Source of the DNA: Azolla caroliniana
Lineage: Eukaryota > Plantae > Polypodiophyta
Direction: 5' to 3'
DNA: 64,000 nucleotides
Assembly: GCA_043228905.1 (NCBI GenBank)
Contig: JBHGNT010000001.1
Span: 12,028,001 to 12,092,000 of the forward strand
The translations under genes were made by a program, and so were the position numbers. Shown piece by piece: positions 44,807 to 56,100 of this stretch. Each line of letters starts with the position of its first letter. The stretch's first letter is position 1. A model generated the notes under the pieces. The model was not told the origin of the DNA, searched no databases, and saw only the letters and a list, made by a program, of their open reading frames with translations.

Positions 44807-47800
44807 TAGGCATAAGGAAGTCCGGTCCTACGGGATCCCCACACTGGTTCCGAAGACTCCGGTTGTTCGGCCAACGTGGCAATGTAAGACCGAGGGAGAA
44901 GGAAGGTGGCGGCGGGAAACGGGACCCGACTACGCAGAAGACACGAGGAGAGTTTGGGAGGGACTCAAACAAAAGACACCTGAATGACGGCAAGCATAGA
45001 AATGGAGTCCGGTCCTATGGGACCCTCACCCCAATCCGGAGACTCCGGCAGTTCGGCCAACGTGGCAACATGAGACCGAGAGAGAAGGTTGGTGGCGGTA
45101 GGGAACGGGACCCGAAGACACGAGGTTTCGGAAGGAGCCGGTAGGGGCAAACACAGGGAGGTGTGTCAGGCCGGAAGGGCACACCTGGAACAGAACAAGA
45201 GTCTCGCAAATGGTCATCGCGGGCCGGATCGAAGCATGACTACGGGACGGTGTTCGGCGCGGGCGGGGCCGAACAAAGGAAGCGAAAGACGGCACAAGAG
45301 AGGTGTTGGGAACGAGGTGACAAGTGCCTAGTGGACTGCACAAGGCCGGAGTCAGGGGATGGCAAGAGAGGCCGGAGGAGGATCCTCCACACTCGCTTCA
45401 TAGATCTCGGTAGCTCCGTCGAAGTAGTGAAGACTGACACGGCAAGCCCGGGGTGACAAGCTGGTGGGGGCGAGGGGACGACGGCAAGCGGAAGACTCAG
45501 GACCTACCGCGGCAGCACGAAGACGGGAAGGGCCAAGCGGGCTACTACGGGGTGTTCCTCGGATGCAAAGGACACCGGTATGCGGGTGAGCGGCGATGCA
45601 CGATCTGGCCGGAAAAGGGCCGACAAGGCGTGCTATGAACCGGAGTACGGCACAAGCGGTGCCAAACAACGGGCGAGGGTACATGGCACACGGAGGTGCC
45701 CGAGCGGAAAGGTGAGCACGGAGATAGGTTGCGCGGTTCGGAGGTATCGCGGAGAAGACCGGAAAGGGATCCCCACCACTGTTCCGGAGACCATGGCGGT
45801 TCGAGCCGACGCGGCGATGTAAGACCATGGAGAAGGAAGGTGGCGGCGAGAGGACGAGGGCAACGCGAAACGACATGGGACGGCAATCAAGACGACGCGA
45901 ATGATCAATGGAGGCCAAGCGGGTCGCTATGGGCGCTCCTCAAACGGAGGACATCGGGCATACAGCGGGAAGCGGAGCGTTCATACGGCCGAACAAGGGC
46001 CAACAGAAGTACGCGTACTACGGAGATCGTGGCAGAGGACCCATCGACGGGTCAGACGAGCCTACGGGGAGGTTAGCGCGAAGGAAGAATCGAAGCCGAC
46101 GGATCAAACCGGCAGCGAGCCGGGATGCGGATCACGGGAGACCGGTTTCTCGCCGGACGAAATCTCTCACCCTTCAACCAGATTTGGCACGTACCGGTGG
46201 ACGTGTAGTTAGGTGGGGGTGGATGTCGTGAAGAATTTCAGCCAGAGGCGGAAACCGGGAAACATTGGCTACATCGGCGGGGTGCAGCGTGTGTACACAC
46301 CCATGTACATTTAGTGTGAATATCGAGGGCGCCTTTAAGGCGCCGACAAGTAGTCAAGTTGGGACAGACGATCCCATGTAAGTCGGGATTTGTCCCACAT
46401 TGTAACGCATCCCTTTCCTTGTTCTATAAAAGGAAGGGAACGCCCTTTGTGTAAGGGTTGCCCATTTTGCATTAGAGGGTATACCGTTAGGTTTAGAGTT
46501 AGGTTTCTTCTTCTTCTTCTTCCCCTTCGTGTTTGCTTAGGGTTTGCTTTGGTTGGGCCTCCTGTGCAAGACCCCGCTGGGCGCGACGAGCTGAGAGCTC
46601 CCCGACGGCAGCTTGACAGCAGACGACTATTGTAACCTACCTCAGTCCGGCTCGACGCCGGAAATGTATTCTTCCCTTTATATATATATATATATATATA
46701 CGTTTGTCTGTGTATATTCGCGTCGTTGTTGGCGTCGGGTGCTTACCCTCTCCTGCGTTTTCTGTACATAAGGCGTGAGTCGGGTTGGGCTGTGTGTGTG
46801 TGCGTGTGTGCGTGAGTCGGTGTTAAGCACGCTCTCTCTCTCTCTCTCTCTCTCCCTTCGGTTTCTTCCGGTGTGCTTCTGGGATGCCCTGGAAACGGTG
46901 AAGTGCGACTTCCTACGCTCCGTCCCTCCCTAGTCCAAGACCCCCGTGGTCCCGCCTTTCCCCACGCACGCGCGTAACAACGCGACAACGTGATTTTAAT
47001 ATCGAATGTTTTCCTTTTCGGGGAAAGGATCTTGGTGGCCGTCCTCACATTTTTGTGAGAATGGCGTTGTCACCATCCCTTTTTTCAACAATTTTTTATT
47101 GTTGACATTCCCGTTGGTGACTTCAATTTTATTACGTAAAGAAATGCCTATAGCCACAATGATGTTGAGAACGTAGGGCTTGACCCACTTCATGTGAGGT
47201 CGCTCCTATGACACACATATCCAACATCCCTCCCTCGTTACATGGATACGATGCCACCATGAGATCATTCTTACGAGAGGCATTCATAATGACGTAACCA
47301 TGTGATGCCACGTGGGTCTACTACGAAAACAGGGCTCATTTGGCTTGACCATTAGGTTGCACTTTGGCGTATGCCATCGTAATTACAAGACTTGAGGTTA
47401 GGTAATGTACCAACATATTTTGTAGTAAACGAGGGGGAGATAAGGACTCTTGACATATATATTTCTTTTAAAAAAGCATATATGGGCAAATGTCGCGCAT
47501 ATCTCTTATATGCATGGCACATTAAACATTCAAGAAGAGCAACCTACTTGGTCGGCGCAAGTGTTTAATGCATTTGTTCTCGAGGTCTCAAGTTCAAATA
47601 TGACCAAGACCATAAAACATCGTTGATACACATGACTATAACACATGTTTAGACTTGAGGTCTAAGTGCACTTCGGGGTCCCCTTAATAGGACTTAAAAG
47701 AACCGAAACCACATATGTGGGCACCGGAACATAGTTTATTGTTAACATTTTTTTCATGTATAAATTATTCATGATGCAAACATACATGCTTGAGCCTCGG

Positions 47801-48051
47801 GGAACCACTAGGGGAAAAAAATCGATATAGAGATTAGGGAAAGACATTAATTTGTCACCCCCATGGTTTTTAAAACACCTTCGTGTTACCATAGTAACCT
47901 CATCTTGAACCTCATCTCATACGTCTAGAGGGGTATTGACGTGAGATCATGATATCGATTAATGTTTGCCCATGATATGTTTACATCACGGCATGATGTT
48001 ATGACTATTTGTCTGACCTTATCATATTTCTTTGCCAGAAATAATCATTCA

Positions 48052-48430
48052 ATGGCTCAAAATAATGACTCGATGTCATCCGCTCAAGCGGAAGGAACTC
48101 AAGGAAATCCTCCTAGACAAATGTCCATTGAGATGTATTTTTCACAAATAACCCAATACCTTACTTTCACCACTCAACAGATGACCGAACTTCGGCAATC
48201 TCAAAGTGCTCTCGAGGCACGTCTCGACGAATAGACCTGATGCGCGACAAGGTGAACCATCATTTGTCGTTAAGCCATTTACAGGAGAAAAAAAGGAAAG
48301 AACCGAAGAAGCAATCTGCACATGGTTGGGCCAATGGGAGTCTCATTTTGAGCTCTATCCCACGCCAGATAGTACAAAGATTGCATATGTCGACCGAGAA
48401 CTAGGGGGTAAGGCCGCCGCCTGGTGGCGT
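48052..48430 (+). pseudogene. gag: gag N-terminus of element M
   Basis: Homologous to about aa 1-126 of the ORF at 4600. Ends at AAAWWR, where an LTR is inserted. Confidence 0.85.
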
Positions 48431-48541
48431 TGTCGTAAAGATTTTCGCCCACGGTGTGAAAATTTCATGGAATGTACAAAATCGAGTGTGGTTCTTCACA
48501 CACAATATGGAACAATAATAATGAAGATATTATTTTATATC
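48431..48541. mobile_element. LTR-end fragment resembling the Trp-primed group
   Basis: TGTCGTAAAGATTTTCGCCCACGGTGTGAAA resembles TGTCGTGAAGATTTCTGGCTTTGGTGTGAA. It is preceded by GCGT. Confidence 0.55.
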
Positions 48542-51500
48542 TTGTGTCACGTTGACACACATTGCTCAACTCCTCTGAGAGTTGGAGCTTCTTGGCTGTG
48601 GTGCTTGCGGCGAAAATCTTTTTCAGATTTCCCCAAGCATCCTTCGACGTTCTTGGATCCCGAATGTAGCTCAAGAGCTGTTCGATCACACAAGACCGAA
48701 GTAGTAGAGAACTCTGCTCGCCGATTGTTCCCAGGCCGGGAAGTCTCTGTGTGTCGATTCGGGTGCTACATCATTCGCTCCATCAACATAGCTCCAGTAT
48801 CCATGTCCAAGCAGGTACTCGTGCATCTTGTACGACCAAGATGCGTAGTCACTTCTGTCAAGCTTCTCAGTTGGAAGTGAACTAGCCATAGCTCTATCCA
48901 TTTTTTTTCCTTTTTGTTCTTCACTGATATTAGTTTTTTTTTGTTTCGAGCTGAAGTCGGTTGTAGAGGTTCTCAACCCTCACACTCTAATACCATGTGA
49001 AATGTTACATGCAGAAGTTATACGAGACAAAGAATACCGACAGGGAAAAACAGGTTTAATGGAGAGCTTAAGACATAATGTATGTGGGAGAGACAGAGAG
49101 GGAATGAACCCACAGAAAAAACTAAATTCAAAATAATGTGTAAAACTCTGTACATTATATACAAGTCCATACGGACTGACAGAAGTACTAACACGTACTC
49201 CAATGCTCATAATTGTTAGGAAACAAGTCCCTCTGGATGGGAAGTGAGAAGAATAGTGTTGATGAGCAAACTTGGCCAAGGTTGAGAACCGGATGTGGAG
49301 TACCCGGCAACAGAAGACCCAGTGAGAACCGGATGACGAGTACCCGGCAACGGAAGACCCGGTGAGAACCAGATGACGAGTGCCCGGCAAGGAAGACCCG
49401 GTGAGAACCGGATGTTGTAGGCCCAGTGAGAACCTCTCATCGGATGGAAGGGACGTATATGTAAATATGTTCCAGAGAGCCCACTGGGGCTATATTTGTA
49501 AATAGCCCGAAAGTCATATTAGTATAAATATGACCTAGGGCAAACTTAATAGCGATGATGATGATAGAGTTATTGGTGTAACGACTATATAGAGACAGAG
49601 ACAGAGAGAGCGATACAGAGCATGTCTCTGTTGTAACCGCCGCTAGGCGAAGATTGTGAGCAAGAGGTCGTTGCCTTTGTGCACCCTGTTGTATTACTTT
49701 ATAGAGTGATAGTTTGGAGTCTGTGGACTCCCGTGGTTTTTCCCTCTCAGGGTTTTCCATGCTAATATCATGTGTATTCTCTTTCTGTTTTTGTCGACTT
49801 TCCTCCATTCCCATTTCGTCTGTGTTTTGATTGTCATCAAGTGTTCTACGCTTCGGTTGTGGCCGGAGATTAATCCACGTATTTCACTTCAAGCTGGTAT
49901 CAGAGCGAAACGACACAGAAAAATGGACGATCTGTTGGGAGGCATGTTCAAGCTCACCGGCTCCAACTATTCAGTGTGGAAGTCGAAGATGAGGGACATG
50001 CTTGTAGTTAAAGATCTTTGGTTGCCGGTTCAGTTCGGGGACAAGAGACCGAACAAAATCGATGCCACGATATGGGAGGTGATGCACATGAAGACAACGG
50101 TGTACATACGGTGCTTCGTCGACATGAGTCTATACAACAACTTCAATGAAGAGAGCAAGGCTCATGAGCTCTGGGAGAAGATCGGCCTTATGTTTCAGAA
50201 CAAAAATGTTGTTAATCAGGTTTCGGTATTTCGGAAGCTAGTAAGACTCTGGTACCAAGATGGCTCCAGCATGGCGGAGCACATGAATGCCTTCTAGGGG
50301 CTGATACACTAGGCAACATCATTAGAAGTACCTCTCGCCGATGAGGTACTAGCACTACTCCTGTTGGGTTCCCTCCCAGATAGCTGGGAGACGTTGGTCG
50401 TCACTTTGGGCAACGCTGGGCCGGAAGGGAAACGGTTATCCCTAGCAAGAGTGAAGTCGATCTTGCTAGATGAGGAGGCGCGTCGGAGAGATAAGGATAC
50501 GAGCTCTGACTCCAAAGTGCTCCTTACCAAATCGGAACGCGGAAGGCAAAGGAACCGTAGTCCCTAGAACCGGGAGAAGTCAGGGACACGGTCAAAGTCA
50601 AGGGGGAGGCCTACCTGCTTCTATTGCGGTAAGCCGGGACACTTCCAAAAGAACTGTCGGCACTTCCGAAAAGACAAGGAAACTTATGGTACCGATTTGA
50701 AGCGGACATCAGACCGGAACGGTAAAGACCGGAGGGGAACGGACCGGAAGGGGACGACGGCAATCATGGCAAGTGAAGAAGAGTTCATGCTCATCATTGA
50801 GGAGAGTGAGTTGAACCTTGTCGGCGACGAGACAACGTGGGTTGTTGATTCCGGAGCGTCGTTCCACCTTACCCCGGACCGTAAATGCTTCTAATCCTAC
50901 TCAGCCGGTGATCACGGTTGTGTCCGGATGGGTAATGAAGGTACATGCCGAATTGTCGGCATAGGAGACGTGTGGTTGACAACACCAACCGGATGCAAGC
51001 TCCTGCTGAAGGATGTCTGACACGTTCCGGAGGCTCGTTTGAACCTGATATCAGCCGGTTGGCTAGATGATGAAGGCTACACGGGTAACATCCGGAACAG
51101 ACTCATGAAATTCAGCAAAGGGAGCCTGATAGTGGCTCGGGCCTAGAAGGTCAACACTCTATACCTAACGAATGCCCGGTTATGCCCAGAAGAAGTGAAC
51201 GTGGCTTCCGACACTACCGATGAGTTGTGGCACAAGAGGCTGTGTCACATGAGCGAGAAGGGGATGACGAGGCTTGCAGACAACAACCTCATTCCAGTGA
51301 AGAACGTGCACTTGGAGAAGTGCACTGATTGTCTGGCCGGTAAACAAAGCTGGACCTCCTTCCGATCGAGGCCACCGATGAGACGTAATGCACCACTGGA
51401 GTTGGTGCATACTGATGTGTGCCAAGTGGACACGAAGTCACATGCCGGATCGCAGTACTTCGTGACGTTCATAGATGACCACAGCCAGAAGTTGTGGGCC

Positions 51501-53175
51501 CCACCGTTGAAGACAAAGGATCAGGTGTTATCCGTCTTCAAAGAGCTCCACGCGAGAGTGGAAAGAGAAACCGGTCAGAAGCTGAAGGCAGTTCGAGCAG
51601 ATAATGGAGGTGAATACCGGGGGCAGTTCGAGGAGTATTGTCGCTTGAAGGGAATCCGGCTCGAATTTACCGTGCCGAAGACGCCGGAACTAAACGGGTT
51701 GGCCGAGAGGATGAACCAGACCATAATGGAGAGGGTCCGGAGTATGCTAGCGCATGCAAAACTACCAAGGACATTTTGGGTTGAGGCGTTGTCGACAGCG
51801 ACGTACGTGATAAAAAGATCACCCTTAGTACCCTTGGACGGAGACACGCCGCAGAGAGTATGGACCAGTAAGGAAGTGTCCTACCGGCATCTGAAGGTGT
51901 TCGGGTGTCTCGCGTACGTGCATGTAGCTAAGGACCGGAGAGGAAAGTTTGATCCAAAGACCCGGCCATGCATATTCCTCGGTTACGGTGACGATGAGTT
52001 CGGCTACCGAGTGTGGGACCTGGCCGACAAGAAGGTATTCCGGAGTCGAGATATTATCTTCATGGAGGACAAGACGCTCGCTGACTAGGATTCGTAGAAG
52101 AAGATAATGAACTCTGAGTCGACCGGTAAGGATCAATTCTACGATGAGCAGACCCAACCAGCAAGAGACCGGTTAGCACTCGATGAACCGGCCGGTGACG
52201 GTAAGGAGACAAGACAGGCCAAAGAAGAAGGAATAGGCGAAACCGGAACCGGCCAAGACCCCGAATCGAATTCGGATGAAGAACAAATAGAGGAGCCGGT
52301 TACCGAAAGCCAAAGACGGAGATATCCTCTCAGAGAGAGAAGGGCCCCCCAGAGATTTCCAGATGCAGAGCATGTGCTACTGACCGATGAGGGAGAACCA
52401 GAAAGCTTCGAAGAAGCGAAGGATGACACCCACAGCCACAAATGGTTAAGTGCCATGGAGGATGAGATGGATTCCCTGCATGAGAACCATACGTACAAAT
52501 TGGTGGAGTTGCCGAAAGAAAAGAGGGTACTCCGAAATAAATGGGTGTACAAGTTGAAATCGAGAGATGCCGGCAAACACCCGAGATACAAAGCCAGGAT
52601 CGTGGTGAAGGAGTTCCAGTAGAAGAAGGGTGTGGACTTCGACGAGATATTTGCCCCGGTAGTAAAGATGACTTCCATCCGAACGGTGCTAAATATAGCG
52701 GCAAGCATGCACCTCGAGGTAGAGCAGTTGGACGTGAAGACGGCATTCCTTCACGGTGACCTCGAAGAGGAGATCTACATGCAGCAACCGGAAGGATTCG
52801 TGGAGGAAGGGAAGGAGCACCTGGTTTGCCGATTAAAAAAGAGCCTCTATGGGTTGAAGCAGGCTCCCCAACAATGGTACCGGAAGTTCGACTCCTTCAT
52901 GACCGATCAAGGGTACCACAAGACGTAGGCCGATCGCTGCGTATTTGTGAAGAAGTTCGAAGGTGGAAACTTCCTGATACTCCTTCTGTACGTGGACAAC
53001 ATGTTGATCGTCGGACGAGACCAAGCCAAAATATGGATGCTGAAGAAGGCTCTCAACCGAACTTTCTCAATGAAAGACTTCGGTCCGGCAAGACAAATAT
53101 TGGGGATGCACATCATCTGGGACCGGTCAAAGAAGCAATTGTGGTTGTCACAGGAGAAATATGTGACAAAGGTGC

Positions 53176-56100
53176 TGTTAGGAATTGACGCTTTCAAAAC
53201 CTTCACCTCTCGGCCACAACCGAGGAAACACGAGTCAATGCAGCAGTAAATCGAAAACACAGAGAGAGACTCGAATGCACAGGGTTTAGCGTGGAAAACC
53301 CTAGACGGGAAAAACCACGGGAGTGCAAGACTCCAACTATCACTATACGCAGGGAATGTACAATGGCGAGCTGCAAGGCGACGACCTTGAGCTCGCTGTC
53401 CTCGCCACAGGCGGCGGTATTACACAGAGGCGTCGACCTCTTCCTTTCTCTCTCTCTCACTCTCTCTCTCTCGGCTGCTCTCACTTCCCTCCCTCTAAGT
53501 GGAAAACAGAAAAAATGAGCAACAACCACAAAACTGTTTGCCCTAAGTCATATTTATACACATATGACTTTCGGGCTATTTACAAATATAGCCTCAAGGG
53601 CCCTTGGCAAACATATTCACAAATATGTCCCCGCATCCGGATCTCTCTCCGGGTACATTCATCATCCGGCTCCGTAGCCGGGGTCTTCATCATCCGGATC
53701 CGGAACCGGGTCTTCATCATCCGGCTCCAGAACCAGGTCTTCATCATTCGGGTCTTCATTCCCGATTCCCGGACATCCAACCATCCCATCCGAAGGGACC
53801 GTAATCCCAACAAACTCCCCCTTCACTTCGGCATGGGATGTCTTTCCAGTCCGACCCTCTTCCGGCACGCTTCCAGCTTGTCGGGTGTGAGCACTTTGGT
53901 CAGCATATCTGACCCGTTCTCGTCCGTGTGGATCTTCGTCAGCACGAACTCCTGGTCTTCTATCCTTTCCCGGATCCAGTGATATCTTCGCTGGATGTGC
54001 TTTGTCCGGGAGTGATAGGCCGCATTCTTCGCAAGGTGGATGGCACTCTGATTGTCGCAGTAGAGTCGGTACTCCTCCTGCCGGATACCGAGCTCTCTAA
54101 TGAAGTCCTTCATCCATATTATTTCCTTGCCGGCTTCAACAGCCGCCATGTACTCCGCCTCCGTGGTTGACAATGCAACCGTCTTCTGCAGCCTCGACTG
54201 CCACGAAACAGCTCCCCCTGCATACGTCATCACATACCCTGATGTGGACCGGCTGGTATCTGCATCAGCCGACATATCCGAATCGGTAAAGTCGTCGAGT
54301 TCGGGCTTACCGGAGCCGAATCGGAGGCACACGTTTGCCGTGCCCTTCAGGTATCGGAGTATCCACTTGGCCGCGTTCCAGTGCTCTTTGCCGGGATTGC
54401 TCATGTACCGGCTCACCACTCCTACTGCATATCCTATGTCCGGTCTTGTACACACCATTGCGTACATCAAGCTTCCGACGGCAGAGGCATATGGTACTTT
54501 CATCATGTCCTCCTTCTCAGCCTTTGTCTTGGGGCTTTGCTTGCTGGACAGCTTGCAGTTTTCCGGGAGGGTTGACCCGACCGGTCTTGCTTCCGACATG
54601 TTGAACCGGTGAAGCACCTTTGTCACGTACTTCTCCTGTGACAGCCACAACTGCTTCTTTTTCCGGTCCCGGATGATGTGCATCCCTAGTATTTGCCTCG
54701 CCTGACCCAGGTCCTTCATTGAGAAGGTTCGGTGAAGCGCTTTCTTCAACATCCGTATCTTGACCTGGTCCCGTCCGACGATCAACATGTCGTCCACGTA
54801 CAGGAGGAGTATTAGAAAGTCTCCTCCTTTGAACTTCTTCACAAACACGCAGTGATCGGACTGCGTTTTGTGGTACCCTTCGTCGGTCATGAAAGAGTCG
54901 AACTTCCGGTACCATTGCCGGGGAGCCTGCTTCAGTCCGTAAAGGCTCTTCTTCAACCAGCATACCAGGTGCTCCTTCCCTTTCTTCTCGAATCCTTCCG
55001 GTTGCTACATGTAGATTTCTTCTTCGAGGTCACCGTGAAGGAATGCCGTCTTCACGTCCATCTGTTCTACCTCGAGGTCCATGCTTGCCGCTATGCTCAG
55101 CACCGTCCGGATGGAGGTCATCTTCACTACCGGGGCAAATATCTCATTGAAGTCGACGCCCTTCTTCTGCTGGAACCCCTTCACCACGATCCTGGCTTTG
55201 TATCTCGGGGGGTTTCCGGCATCTCCCGGTTTCAACTTGAACACCCACTTGTTTCGAAGTGCCCGCTTTCCTTTCGGCAACTCCACAAGTTCATATGTGT
55301 GGTTCTCATGCAGGGAATCCATCTCCTCCTGCATGGCACTTAACCACCTGCGGCTATGGGTGTCAAGCTTTGCGTCTTCAAAACTCTCCGGCTCCCCCTC
55401 GTCGGTTAGCAGCACGTGCTCTGGTTCCGGAAATCTCCGGGGGGCCCTTCTCTCTCTTAGAGGATATCTCCGTTCCGGAGCTTCGGTAACCGGCTCCTCC
55501 GTTTCCTCTTCATCCGAATCCATTTCGGGATCGGGGCCGGTTCCGGTATCAGTTTCATCTTCCTCAGCCGGTTCTGTTTCTTCACCGTCTTCGGCCGGAT
55601 CCTCGAGTGCTAACCGGTCCCTTGCCGGTCGGGACTGCTCCTCGTAGAGTTGATCCTCACCGGTCGACTTGGAGCTCTTCATCTTCTTCTCCGACTCCCA
55701 GTCGGCGAGTGTCTTGTCCTCCATGAAGATGATATCACGACTCCGGAATATCTTTTTGTCGACCGGGTCCCATACTCGGTAGCCGAACTCGTCATCGCCG
55801 TAACCGAGGAATATGCATGGCCGGGTCTTTGGATCTAGCTTTCCTCTCCGGTCCTTTGCCACATGCACATATGCGAGACACCCGAACACCTTCAGATGCC
55901 GGTAGGATACTTCCCTACCGGTCCACACTCTCTGCGGCGTGTCTCCGTCCAAAGGTACTGAGGGTGATCTGTTTATCACGTATGTCGCCGTCGACATTGC
56001 CTCAGCCCAAAACCCCTTGGGTAATTTCGCATGCGCCAGCATACTCCGGACCCTCTCCATTATGGTCCGGTTCATCCTCTCGGCCAGCCCGTTCAGTTCC

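Larger units (their letters stand above)
41938..46987 (+). mobile_element. Complete tRNA-Trp-primed, gag-only LTR element N (5.05 kb)
   Basis: Highly similar LTRs at 41938-42705 and 46224-46987. TSD ACGT. PBS at 42710-42727 and PPT AGGTGGGGGTGGA at 46211-46223. No pol motifs. Confidence 0.93.
40891..48430 (+). mobile_element. 5' part of a decayed chromovirus M related to C (LTR about 40891-41297, long leader, gag start)
   Basis: The LTR shares TATAAATAxGAGGCyTAGCTAC, GGTATGGGACG and GGGTGGTxGGGTGGA with LTR C. Degenerate PBS TGGTTTTAGAGC at 41300-41311. Gag reads [35 protein letters not shown]. Confidence 0.85.

Noticed and set aside
47545-47612. tRNA/SINE-like stretch (AGGTCTCAAGTTCAAAT) in the leader of M
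   Set aside because: The B box is degenerate, and there is no convincing A box, tail or TSD.
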